This document shows positions 1 to 11,470 of a DNA stretch of 64,000 nt, one piece after another (the stretch's first letter is position 1; the number at the start of each line of letters is the position of its first letter). The position numbers and the translations under genes were made by a program. This DNA comes from Flectonema sp. DT1601 (taxonomy: Eukaryota): the NCBI GenBank assembly GCA_964019425.1, contig OZ025784.1, forward strand, positions 496,001-560,000, given 5' to 3'. Under the pieces are notes generated by a model that was not told where the DNA came from, ran no database searches, and was given only the letters and a program-made list of their open reading frames with translations.

Positions 1-265
1 TTACCGGTGATAATCTGTCACCTATAACGTTACACTTGTAGCAGAATCCACGAACTCCGCGATGCTCTCTTAAGAATATAGCTGTTTGTTTTTCTTCTTT
101 TTTTCCTTTCATACTTGTAAGTGAATAAGTTTACATACTGCTCCAGAAGTGTTTAGCGTACGTAGAGGTGCAAACGACGAGCAACATCACCATACAGAAT
201 GCGTCAAAGTTAAAAAGGGCGGACATTTTTAGTTTGTTTTGTTTAATCACCCTGAGAGGAAAGTT

Positions 266-297
<32 letters not shown>

Positions 298-462
298 CGA
301 AATAGAACCTCAACAATCATTATTACTATCTCAACAGTTGAAATGGAACACTACAAGAATCACCATAAGCGAGTGGACATCCACATCGCACGCAAAGAAA
401 ATATCACACGAGATCAGTAAGAAGCAACAGATAAGACAAAGGGAAGTGAGCAGGGGGACAAT

Positions 463-1228
463 TTAACTAACTGAGTCGAACCAGTCTTGGTCAAAGTCGT
501 CTAGGTCTCTAATTTCCAGCGTCTGTTTTAGTTTTAGTTTTTTTTTTTTTTTAAATCTCAACTGCTACGTCAATCTAATTAAATTATAAACACACCTGAA
601 CTATCTCGAACTCTTTTGAGACTTCGAGTTTCCACTTAGTCGCTCCCATTAACTTCTTTGGAGGTGCCTTTTGAGGACTGTAAAAGATGAAGACGAGAGG
701 AGTCTTGACTCTACCGTCTGGCATAGTTTTAGTGTACGAGTAAAAAATGAATTTTGGATCAAGCTCGGTGAGTTCCTCAGCGATATCGTCGATGGTAGTG
801 TCTTCCAGAAGGTCAACAAATTTCAGAGTTGCTCCGTCAGAACCGATTTCAGTTATACAAGCTGTGTCTTTGGCATTCCTTCCTAAGGTTTTCATCTTGT
901 GCAGTGCTTCTGCAGCAGCTGCTTCTACAATAAGCCCACCTTTTGTGGTTCTTGCTACGGATTTTTCTTTCTTCTTTTCTTCTCTTTCGGCAGCTTTTTG
1001 CTTCTTGGCTTCGTCGTCTTGAGCCTTCTTTGCGACAGCTGCAGCTTCGTTGGCTTCTTTTTTCTTTGTTTCCTCTTCCATCTGTTGCGAGTCTCTCAGC
1101 TCAGATTTTAACGTTTTCAATGCAGATTCAAGAATCTGTTTTACTTTGTCGTGTTTTGCATTTTTTATGAAATTCTCTACTTCGGATACCTCCTTCTCTA
1201 TTGTCTCACTGCTGTCAAACATTCCCAT
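463..1228 (-). CDS. Glia maturation factor-like (ADF-H/cofilin fold) protein with N-terminal helical/coiled-coil extension; 2 exons (1228-596, 522-463)
   Basis: C-terminal PKFIFYSYTKTMPDGRVKTPLVFIFYSP matches the GMF motif. Removing GT..AG intron 595-523 adds TLEIRDLDDFDQDWFDSVS*, resembling the GMF C-terminal FEIR..DL.EEWL. Start placed at ATG 1228 (MGMFDS). Confidence 0.8.
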
Positions 1229-1485
1229 TGTTATTGAAAAAAGTATTCTTACCTGGAGTGGTGTAAATATTAATGCTAATATAAGATACAAGATAAAAAC
1301 TACAATCGTTTTTTCACCGCAAATCAATAATTAAAAGTATCTGACAGATAAAAGGGATTGATCTGTTTTACTTTATTGTGAGACACAACATTCTCTATTG
1401 GTTCACTGTGTCATTATTATCTGTTGTAGTGTGACAGCAATACAATAGTAAGTCTCTGAACATTCGATGAAATTTTTCGTAACAA

Positions 1486-1923
1486 TCAGCGATTCTTCTT
1501 TCCGTGGTCTGGAGGAGGTTGTCCGTATCCCTCAAAACTTGCTAAATTATTTAATATTTTTCGAAACAGAATCAGAGAGCAGACTAGTGGAGTAGTCACA
1601 CTCGCTCCACACACAATAGTGTTAGCCATTGAAGGAAACGAGCATGCGATTAACCTTACCGGGTAAAGTGGAAATTCAACGAAATATTTATGAGGCGTTG
1701 GATCACTACCGTTAAAATCACATGCCCACTCTGGACAGGTATCAAACGTTACTATCGACCAAACAGTTAACGAAAGCATAGTCAGTAAGACACACCAAGT
1801 TAATATTTCAGACATTAGATCTTCCGAAACGAGGAGATCTAACTCAGAAACCATTAGTTCTGCCCGTGCCATTCCTGTTTGATAAATCACTTCTTCAAGT
1901 GGTTCTTGTTCTCCATAACTCAT
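1486..1923 (-). CDS. Small hypothetical membrane protein (145 aa, about 2 hydrophobic segments)
   Basis: ATG-started ORF with coding-like composition, preceded by a T-rich tract and AG (1937-1936). Confidence 0.6.
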   Translation of the reverse strand: MSYGEQEPLEEVIYQTGMARAELMVSELDLLVSEDLMSEILTWCVLLTMLSLTVWSIVTFDTCPEWACDFNGSDPTPHKYFVEFPLYPVRLIACSFPSMANTIVCGASVTTPLVCSLILFRKILNNLASFEGYGQPPPDHGKKNR

Positions 1924-2032
1924 TGTTTGTATCTTCTGAAAAAAACGAAAGAGTAAAATAAGATATAATACAATAATAATATAAAATCTATTTTAAAAAA
2001 ATCATATAAAAAAAAGTGTAACTGAAAAAATA

Positions 2033-3572
2033 TTATTTTTTATTTGCTGCTTTTTTTCTCGCAGCAGATATAGGATCTTGGGATTTCCACGTGTCCGACG
2101 CGGGAAGCTCGTCACCCGGCAATAGCGTTACAGAAGTAGTCGTTGGAATGGTAGTCCTGTGTTTGCATAAAACTTCTTCAAATGTCAAGTCACCGCTGTC
2201 AATATCACGAGCAACTTCAGAAGGAAGTTTCTTTAATACTTTTGCACGAACACCACCATAATCAGGGAGTAGCGTAACTTTCCATATGTATTGTAGCGTC
2301 ACAAGTAATTTCTTAGTCATTCCAACAGGTTTCACAGGAGACCATTCAAACAATAAAGGTATCATTGTAATACACAATCGATCTGCAGTACACCCTCCCA
2401 ACTCTAAAAACTGTGTCGATAATTTCTCAGCATGCCACAGCGGAGATGTCGGCCTGTAGAAGCAGAGTAACTTCGTAGCAACAGAGAGTGAATCTTCCAA
2501 ATGTTGATTTAAATAAATATTTTGAACCCTCGATAAAGATTGAATAGCCATCATTCTGTTGGTAAAAACAATATCACCTCCACCTTTTTGATGACAACTT
2601 ACGTAGGATGCGAACAACGAACTCAAGTACGTGTGACCTGGAAAGCCTTTTACACTCCATCCCATGTCAGATTTTACAACACAACATCTACCTCTCGGTC
2701 CTCCATAAACTTGCAATGATGTGTGCGGAAACACGTTTGAAATAGAAACTATAATCTTCGTAGGGGATTGTACCGCAGAGGGTGTTCCTTTTTTTTTTTT
2801 TTTTTTTTTTTTTTCCCTTTATATGTAAAATAGCTAAGTCTAACAAACAAACAAAAACAAAGGACTACAAGTAAACAGACATACCTTGAAATAAAATCAA
2901 GCTCATAGATACTAATTTTTGAAGTTCTGCAAAGGCGTCTCTGGGTTTATCAGCTGAGAATTCACCGAATATCGTGATAAAAATAGAAAATAAAACCACA
3001 TCATTATCACAGTAATCAAGAAATGGTTTAAGCAAAGTTTGAGTGTGAATTTCTCCCTCCGGAGGAATTATTTTATTCGTCTGTAAATATCGAAACACTT
3101 CACTAAACGGAGCTGTAATATTACTGCCAAATCCATCCTTCCAAAGTTGACAAGCAGTCGGAAACAGCTTGACCGCATGATCGAAAATATCAGACTTTGT
3201 AAAAGAATAATACGTTATCATCCTTCGTATCAGTGATGTGTACAGCCTATTTTCTTCATTGAGAGTGATGTCTAGTTGTGCTAATGGTTTAAATGCCGTT
3301 AAAAACGATTGTTTTTTACTGCTAAACTTCTTGTCAGGATGGTCAACTAATAATTGAATAACTGGAACGACGATGTCATCAAGGAAATCGATAATTCTTT
3401 GATATGTGGTGGTGTTGTGTTGAATTTGTAGCCATGCATGAGTCCAAAGAATCAAAGCAATATTTATAATTAAAATTGCTGAATCAGATTTTCTCAAAGT
3501 CTTGCTATACCAAATCCATTCATCTCCAACAGCTTTTGTTTGCAAAAGTCTGATGGATATAAAAAAACAAAC
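2033..3572 (-). CDS. Hypothetical protein, at least 2 exons (about 3572-2885 and 2787-2033); 5' end unresolved
   Basis: ORFs 2865-3545 and 2033-2734 join in frame (..FQG/TPSAVQSP..) when intron 2884-2788 (GTATGT...poly-A AG) is removed. Confidence 0.6.
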
Positions 3573-4089
3573 CTGGTTGGAATTTTTTTTTTTTTTTTTT
3601 TTCCCCTAAGAACAATCATCGATTTGAGAATTACTTTAAAAGGTATTACGGTCACATAAAAGAAAGGAAAGAAAAGTAAGAAAAGAAAATAATAATTAAG
3701 AATATTTAAAAAAAGTAAATAAGTCAAAAAAAATGCTCCACAAGGCCGTGACCGTGGTATACGTTTCTCCAATTTTTTGGTTGGAATTGTAAGTTTTCCC
3801 TTAATAAAAAGTTCATTGTGATGATAACAACCCCATTTTTATTCTGTTTAAAACCTTCTCAATATTTTATTGCATGGCATTTACTCCAGATCGACGTTAT
3901 TATTATTTTTTTAAAACAGCGACACGGATGTAAATTATTAGAGACAGAGGCTATCCGGAATTCTTCATTTTCATTAAAAGTGTTTTTTTTTATATCTAAA
4001 CTTCTATCGCAGGATACTTTTCCTCACCATAAGAACTATGACATTTATTTTGAACAATAAAATTAGGCATGGGTCACATCTTTGTAGTG

Positions 4090-5073
4090 TTATTCATTCA
4101 GGCTCACAAAAACAATGAAAAAAAAAAGAAAAACACACACCAAAGGATACCTAACAATAGGAAATTCTGATAGAATCATCGCTTTATTCTTTTGTCCTAA
4201 AGTCTGTCTGTAAGATTCTCCAAGTGATGAAAAATATTGTTTCGCATCACTCTGAACTCTCGATTGACTGGGAGGCTCTTCCATTTCTAAGAATATACGA
4301 CAGGAAACAAGGTAGTGCATCCCTGCTATGGAGCTTATGAAATCGTTTGGTTGAGAATCTGTTTTTGAAAAAGACGCGGAAACAGAATTAAAACCCGAGG
4401 GATGCTTCGATTCAAGAAAATTCAACGCCTCTGTAGTCTCCGTATAATGACAACTAAATTGGAGTTTTTGAACTTGAACGTAGTACAGATCAAGGAGCTC
4501 AATGACAGAGACTTGTTTTCCGCTGGTTATTTCTGTTAAACAAGATAATACTTCCTTTTGAAATAATGAATTCTTTATCAAGTCAGCACTGCAGCTGTCC
4601 TTACAGATATATTCAATAACAGACTTGTAGGACCAATCTATTTGTAACGTTTTTAATGTGCCAGCCAATACCTCCTTCTCTTGTTGAGAGAGAAGACCTT
4701 TTTCATTTGTTGAGACTACCGAGATTGTAGAAGTCGATTTCTTTAGTTTCAGACGTTTTTTTTTTACTTTTGGATTTAATTTTGATTTGTGTATCGCGGA
4801 AATAGTAGTCCTCCTCGGTTGTTTACAAACCGCAAAAGATTTTTTTTTTTTTTTAATAATTTCCTTCGTCAGGTTAGCTTCTTCTTCCCTCTCATGCATT
4901 TGCTTGACGTGTTTGTACCATTCACCATCATCACTAGTTCTGTCGATCTCTTGTAATTTATTGGCGCAAAATTTCCACGGATTTGAAGGTTTTGCCCTCA
5001 CTAAGTCAACAATAAGTTTATTAAGAATATTACTAATTCCAGTTCTCTCCAAATATGCCTTTTGTGAAAGCAT
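4090..5073 (-). CDS. Protein with N-terminal Dpy-30/RIIa-like dimerisation-docking motif; 3' end probably spliced
   Basis: YLERTGISNILNKLIVDLVRAKPSNPWKFCANKL fits the D/D consensus. The ORF runs into a T-rich GT-started segment near 4140-4149. Confidence 0.65.
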   Translation of the reverse strand: MLSQKAYLERTGISNILNKLIVDLVRAKPSNPWKFCANKLQEIDRTSDDGEWYKHVKQMHEREEEANLTKEIIKKKKKSFAVCKQPRRTTISAIHKSKLNPKVKKKRLKLKKSTSTISVVSTNEKGLLSQQEKEVLAGTLKTLQIDWSYKSVIEYICKDSCSADLIKNSLFQKEVLSCLTEITSGKQVSVIELLDLYYVQVQKLQFSCHYTETTEALNFLESKHPSGFNSVSASFSKTDSQPNDFISSIAGMHYLVSCRIFLEMEEPPSQSRVQSDAKQYFSSLGESYRQTLGQKNKAMILSEFPIVRYPLVCVFLFFFIVFVSLNE

Positions 5074-5249
5074 TAATCACAATGGATAGTGGTATTGTTT
5101 TGTAAGCATTAATATAAGGAACTTTCTGGTACAAAAAGAAATAATAGTTTACTACTTATTGTGAAGCGGGTACTAATGACATCGGGAATGAATAAGGACA
5201 GAGCGATTATTAAACAATTTCTTTTTTTCCATATGAGTTTGGTATGTTT

Positions 5250-5327
5250 TGTTTTGTTTTGTTTGTTTGTTTGTTTTTTTTCCTCATCTGTTTTGTTTTG
5301 TTTGTTTGTTTGTTTTTTTTCCTCATC
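5250..5327. repeat. Tandem duplication 2 x 39 bp (TGTTT-rich, ending CCTCATC)
   Basis: 5250-5288 equals 5289-5327 by eye. Confidence 0.8.
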
Positions 5328-5365
5328 GCTTGTTGGGGAGATTTTGCAGATTTTCCTTTCTCCTT

Positions 5366-5402
<37 letters not shown>

Positions 5403-5792
5403 CACGCTTTACACAAACATATAAGTAAATCATTTTCAGTTTCACTACCCTCAGCGGATTCCTTCACAGGATCCTCTTCATAAATTAAAAGATACGTACA
5501 AACCTTGCATCAGCTATAATGGTATTAAATAAGAAAAGAAGAAGAAGAGAAAAAAAAAAGAAGAAAAAACGAATGCTGCAGTCAAAGCAAAAGGTGAAAA
5601 TGATATCTACCATTTTTTTTTTCCTTTCTTTTCCCCCCGTCATGCAAAATACTGTGTGCTTTTAATAATAACATATTCTTGGCTAATTAAATTGCATAAA
5701 AAGAAAGGCAACAAAAAGAAAAAAAAAAAAAACAATTGGTTTGTATTCTTCAAACAATACAGAAAAAATAGTAATATAACACTACTGATGTT

Positions 5793-5834
5793 TGTGCACG
5801 AAACTCCCCCGTGAACCGACTTAAACTGATAAAG
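5793..5834. repeat. Short dispersed repeat family B, copy 1
   Basis: TGTGCACGAAA..GTGAACCGACTTA..ACTGA.AAAG shared with 12763-12802. Confidence 0.55.
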
Positions 5835-6242
5835 CTAAAGGAGGTTTACGTGTGTGCTGCCAACATTCTTTTTTTTTCGTTCTTACAATACTTGTTTTAA
5901 GAAAAAAAAAAAACCACAAGCTTGTATTGGTAGCTTGTAATTCAGCTATGTCATTATCAAATTTGAAGTGGGGAAAGGGAAAAAAAAAAAAAAAAAAAAA
6001 AAAAGGCAATGGGAAGAAAACATAAAAAATAAGAAACATAAAGTAATTGGTTGGTTGAACAGACCAAACAATCTTGTTGAATGGAGTGAAGGATTTTTTT
6101 TTTTTTTTTTTTCTCCCAACAAAATCCGCACAACATCACGAAAAACGATAACCTAACAGTCCTTACATTTGAACAACTTGAATAAGACCACTACCTACAA
6201 AGCTTTATTCACTTCAAAAGTAAAAAAAAACTAACTGCTTAG

Positions 6243-6352
6243 TTTATTTATTTATTTACGAAGCCTAGGAAGCCAAAGCCAGGAAAAGCTCACAGAGTAA
6301 CAGTTATATCGCTACCAGCAACCGTGAGACTCTCACAGACGATAAGAGACGT
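6243..6352 (-). mobile_element. Short dispersed retroposon-like repeat family A, copy 1, (TAAA)n tail on minus strand
   Basis: About 97 nt nearly identical to 57536-57637; contains the GTGAGACTCTCAC inverted repeat. Confidence 0.65.
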
Positions 6353-8343
6353 AGAATAACCTGAAACAAATGACTACCTTTATATATTAACCACAACAAA
6401 TAAAAAAAATAAAAATAAAAAAAAAGAGAACGAGAAAGAGAAAGAGAAAAATAGAAAATGCGTGTTGTTAGAACACACACGCTAACTATAACAAAACGGC
6501 TTTCATAATGAAGAAAAAAAAAAAAAAGGGATATTTTCGAAAACCAATAAGCTAACGAAAAAAAAAAAAAGTTATTTCCTCCTTACACAACCGACTACAC
6601 AAAGATGTGATGAGTTGACTGTGCAAGATCACTTCCGAAACACACTAAGGAAAAAAACTGCAACTATAATGTAAGAGATTTTAATAAGAACACCAAACGG
6701 AGGAACTGAACCACTTTGAAAAAAAAAAAAAAAAACCGATGCCTTCTCCAGTTGCCCAAGGTTGCGCGCGCATCTCTCATGTAGAGGACTGTTTTTACTG
6801 ATTGCTATAAGAGAGCGAAAGAACTCAAAAATAAAGGATTTGTTCACGTATTTTCTAGGTTACAAACCCGCGACTCCATCATGCTGGCTAGTTATGCTTT
6901 TTACTTGCGTGTAGTAGTGTCAGAGGCTTCATTCTTTTTTTCTTTGTTTATCTCCGCCGCCACCACCGTATTTCCCAAAATCATTTACGCACGCGGTGTA
7001 AAAAGAGTAAGAATAATAATAATTTTTTTCTTTTTTTTTCTTCTTTTTTTTTGCCTCAAGTCTGACAAGAGGGAAAAAAAAAAAAAAAAACAATTGCTAA
7101 GCCATGGGTGCACAATAACACAAAAATGCTAACAGCGATGCTTTTTTTTAGATTATCCTGTCAGTTTCTTTTATTTATGTGTCATTATCGTTTATCCCCA
7201 AGCACTATGAATCTTGTAAGGCTCGCATGAACATACGCAGAGAGAAGAGGAAAAAATAATTATAAAAAAATAGATACAAAGATACTCAGAAGCGTATTTC
7301 AGGAAAATGATAAACACACAGAGCGCCAGGGAAACAAAAAAAAAAAAGAAAATCGACGAAGTCCTTCTTCTTACCCTCCTTTTTTTTTCTTCGTTCTGGC
7401 TAAAAGTTTCAGATGTAGGAAGGAAAAAAGAATAAAAGAGAGAAGAGAGGGGAAAAAAAAGATGAAATAATGCACACTGATAAGCAAGCATTGTTGTTAA
7501 AAAAAGACGTGCTTCGTGTTTCCTAAGTAAGAAACAAGTATGGAGTGATGTCACAAAAGAAAGAAGAAAATAAAACCCCCATAAAGATGTCTTCTCCCAC
7601 CTTCTCTCCTCTGAATAGCAAGAAACAATGGGGGAACAGGGTAATAATCGGTAAGGGTTTTTTTTTTTTTTTTTTGAAACATGTCGCACTTCATCGCACA
7701 ACCATTACAAACAAACATAGGATGAGAATTATTTATATTCTTTTTTCGTTCACTTAAAAAACGTGTAGAAAATTTTTGATATTTAAATTTCTTTTTTTAA
7801 CGTGATTTGGTTTTTTTTTTTTTTTTTTTTTTTTTCCAACCCACTTTTAACAAAAAAGGAATGCAAATAAAAAAAATAAAATTAAAAAAAAGGGTAAATA
7901 ATATATTTAGTCCAGAATGAGTTAGTTTCCTCACCTATTTATTATTTTTTAAAAAAATATGCTTTTTTTTTATTTTTTTTTAAAAAAAAACTACTTTTAT
8001 AAAACAAAAAAGTATACCCTTACCTGTTGTCTTGACATTAAGGTCACAACAGGCTTTATAAGGTAGTGTCATAGCTCATTGTATATCAACAAGTCTTAGT
8101 CGTGCTTCACATTCTCAAGTACCTCTTTATTGGTTTCCATGAACGACAACAGAGAGTCAACCGGCATGTCGGGTTTGTTGCCCAAGAGATGGCCAATCAT
8201 TTTGTCAAAAACTATGTGCATTCTGTGAGACTGTTTTATTTTATTTTTCTCGACTAATTTTGTAAGTAAAAATTAAACTTTTGACAGAGAATATATCAGT
8301 TTATTATAAAAAAAAGTTTACTAAATTAGAATATAAAGAACAA

Positions 8344-8458
8344 TTATAAAAACACAATTGTTCTGCTGTTCCACAATACACTTGTGGAATACGTAGTTTC
8401 AGGTCTTAATCTTATACTACTTGTCCCTCTTAGGCCTTCATCAGGAATTCATTCCAGT
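8344..8458 (-). ncRNA. Retroelement 3'-end relic containing a hammerhead-ribozyme-like core
   Basis: Minus strand reads CTGATGA(8444-8438)-AGGCCTAA..TTAAGACCT-GAAAC-TAC-GTA(8392-8390). Homologous to 42218-42322. Stem I is imperfect. Confidence 0.5.
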
Positions 8459-8462
8459 AAAA

Positions 8463-9205
8463 GTAAAACACTAACCAGAAGTAGGATCCGGAAGTGAGAT
8501 CAGCATGGCTTCTCACATGGTCCGTTTTGTTTTTGAGTTTCCCTCATGGTCTCAATCTCGCCATGAGGTAAAACACTAACCAGAAGTAAGATCCGGAAGT
8601 GAGATCAGCATGGCTTCTCATATGGTCAGCTCTCGAGAGACGTTTTGTTTTTGAATTCCCCTCATGGTCTCAATCTCGCCATGAGGTAAAACACTAACCA
8701 GAAGTAAGATCCGGAAGTGAGATCAGCATGGCTTCTCACATGGTCAGCTCTCGAGAGACGTTTTGTTTTTGAGTTCCCCTCATGGTCTCAATCTCGCCAT
8801 GAGGTAAAACACTAACCAGAAGTAGGATCCGGAAGTGAGATCAGCATGGCTTCTCATATGGTCAGCTCTCGAGAGACGTTTTGTTTTTGAGTTTCCCTCA
8901 TGGTCTCAATCTCGCCATGAGGTAAAACACTAACCAGAAGTAAGATCCGGAAGTGAGATCAGCATGGCTTCTCATATGGTCAGCTCTCGAGAGACGTTTT
9001 GTTTTTGAATTCCCCTCATGGTCTCAATCTCGCCATGAGGTAAAACACTAACCAGAAGTAGGATCCGGAAGTGAGATCAGCATGGCTTCTCACATGGTCA
9101 GCTCTCGAGAGACGTTTTGTTTTTGAGTTCCCCTCATGGTCTCAATCTCGCCATGAGGTAAAACACTAACCAGAAGTAAGATCCGGAAGTGAGATCAGCA
9201 TGGCT
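8463..9205. repeat. Tandem array of a 118-bp unit (6 units plus a partial; first unit 105 bp)
   Basis: GTAAAACACTAACCAGAAG starts at 8463, 8568, 8686, 8804, 8922, 9040 and 9158. Confidence 0.95.
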
Positions 9206-9213
9206 ACGCAAGT

Positions 9214-11470
9214 CTACATACAACTCTTCTTGTGATAGTTCGTATGATTAATAAAAAGAAAAGAAAATAAAATAACATACTTCCAGGTAAGCGTAGTCGT
9301 CAGTGGCGCGAAGCTTTTCACTTTTAATATGACAACGACGGCCTCCGAGGTGGAGACGGGTACCGATGACAACCCATGGAACCCATTTTCGAAGATGGGC
9401 ATCAGTAGGAACAGTAACTGCACTTGCAAAGGCTTGAACTTTACTATCTCCTGCTGTTAGTCTGCGATGAATAGATTGAACAAAAGAAGCTCCGTCGCGA
9501 GGTGCTCTGGGAAATGCTACTGAAGTTGGAGAGTTGCCACCGGATGAATTTGCTTGCGCAGCATCAACAATCTGAATAACAGCCGTACATCCCCAAACAT
9601 TATTATCATCTCCCCATAATGAGATTGACGGCTGATCAGAAACTCCAGGTCCATAGACTGCAAGGTCAACCTTTCTTCCTTTTGAAGATGTTATTTGTTC
9701 TGTTCCACTTGTATTCAATCCAAAATGAGCAATTGATAATTCCTCTTCTTCAGGGATCTCATCCAGTATGGATTTACTCGCAGCAATGTTTCCAGGAGCG
9801 TTACCACAATAACAAGACCTCAATGGACGGTGTTTTGATGAAATCTGACTGCCGATTGCGAGGTCTTGACATTTTTCAAGAAATAACAACGATGGGCATT
9901 GAGTGACTAATCGACCTCTACCGAGAGGTGTTCCTCCGTGAGGGGTGAGAGCATGAAACGGTAAATCAATAGCTGAGATAAAACAAACTTTATTAGGAAG
10001 CCATGACAAGCATCCAAGAGGTCCAAAAATAGTATCATAAGCCTTTTGAAGTATTGACCAAACTTTTTGATGAGAAGTACACGCAAGTCCACACGACAGC
10101 GTAGTTGATATCTCAAGTAAATTTGCAGCATCTGCACTTGTCAGCTGAACTGATCTCTTTACTTGAATTGCATCGCTATTTGACTCCTCATGTTGTAGAT
10201 GCCACACTACTAAATGACCATCATTATCAACATGTACGTATACAACATCTGTACTTTCTCTCTTTACGATCTTTAGTAGTCGTTCAGAAGTGATGAAATC
10301 GGTTGATTGCATGTCTATTTTGACAGGATTCTTACTTTGAATTCCCTTCAAAGCTAATTGAAGCATCGAATAGCTTTCATGAATTAATATTTGATTTGAG
10401 ATCATGGAACTCGCCTGATAATGACTTGACAACAGTGTTGCAGCCCTCGCATGATCATTCTTTGCTGCTTCTATTTCCGTATTCGTAGACACTAATGTGA
10501 TTGCTAATTGCATTGCTCTGTGAAGGTGAGATTCTGCTTCACGGTCTCCAGCCCTAACCAACAGCTCTCCAAGCTTTATAACTGATCTCATCAAGCTGAC
10601 AGTATCTCCTCTCTGAACAGAAATAGCAACTTGCTCTCTAAAGACCTCCACAGCTGTTTGACCCTGGAGGGTCAGAGGCTCCGAACTAGCTAAATCCATT
10701 AAGTATTGCGCACAGAGATGTTCATTTCTTCCAGCTTCAACGTATACTTTAAGAACAATATCCCTGGGAAACGGGCCGAGTTCTTGAATTCTAATGAGCG
10801 CTTCAATATCTTCAGGTTGAAGATCCGCTACGTCAATTGGAGGAGATGCATACATTTCATCTCTCTCACGTTCCTCAATTCTATCAATGGTATCTCTATA
10901 TACTACAGGAACTGGTTCATTCAGTAATCGAAGAAAGGCTTCCGATTGCTTACTTAACAAGTCAATAATGTCAGGTGCTATGGAATCAACTTGATAAAGA
11001 ATTGGTTGCAATAAAGATGCATCGCGTTGAACTAAATTTCTCATGTGAGTTACAGTTGGATGAATATACAGTAAATCCATTACTTCTGTCTCAGATATAC
11101 GGACTAAGGCATTCTTTAACTGAACAACACCTTGTCTGTGAGCAACATCAAGAGGACCATCGTATGTGTCATCTGATAAATTAACATCAGCTGGTCGTTC
11201 TCGTGAAGGTGTTACGTGATTAGATGGTGAACTAGGATTTGATGTGGTCACAGAGTATGGTTTTTTTACACCTACAAAAGTCGGAAGTACGTCTTCCGGG
11301 ATCAACCCGCTTTCACTCAAAGCAGACCCGTTTACTATCATTTTAGCTCCTCTTGCGGCGTATCCTTTTTCGGTACACACTTTCTCAAGTACTTCTTTAA
11401 CTGTATCAGATTCAGAGACCTCAATCTCGAATACCCGCCCTGCCACTGTGCGTACCTTCAATGTGGGCAT
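9214..11470 (-). CDS. Rad23-like UBL / XPC-binding / UBA module fused to TPR-like helices and a degenerate CHAT (caspase-HetF) domain
   Basis: UBL: LKVRTVAGRVFEIEVSESDTVKEV. XPC-binding: MRNLVQRDASLLQPILYQV..FLRLLNEP. UBA: EDIEALIRIQELGPFPRDIVLKVYVEAGRNEHLCAQYL. CHAT-like: AYDTIFGPL..LPFHAL..CPSL..WVPWVVIG. Donor GTATGT at 9280; last exon ambiguous (in-frame AGs at 9229, 9226, 9214). Confidence 0.8.

Noticed and set aside
5402..5482. Possible orphan terminal exon (EEDPVKESAEGSETENDLLMCLCKA*)
   Set aside because: No convincing acceptor or upstream exons could be linked.
8568..8685. Array unit derived from repeat family A, or a C/D snoRNA
   Set aside because: Only short shared words (TCTCACA, GAGACGT) and no canonical RUGAUGA box.
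8463..9205. CRISPR array
   Set aside because: Whole units repeat with no unique spacers; eukaryotic context and no cas genes.
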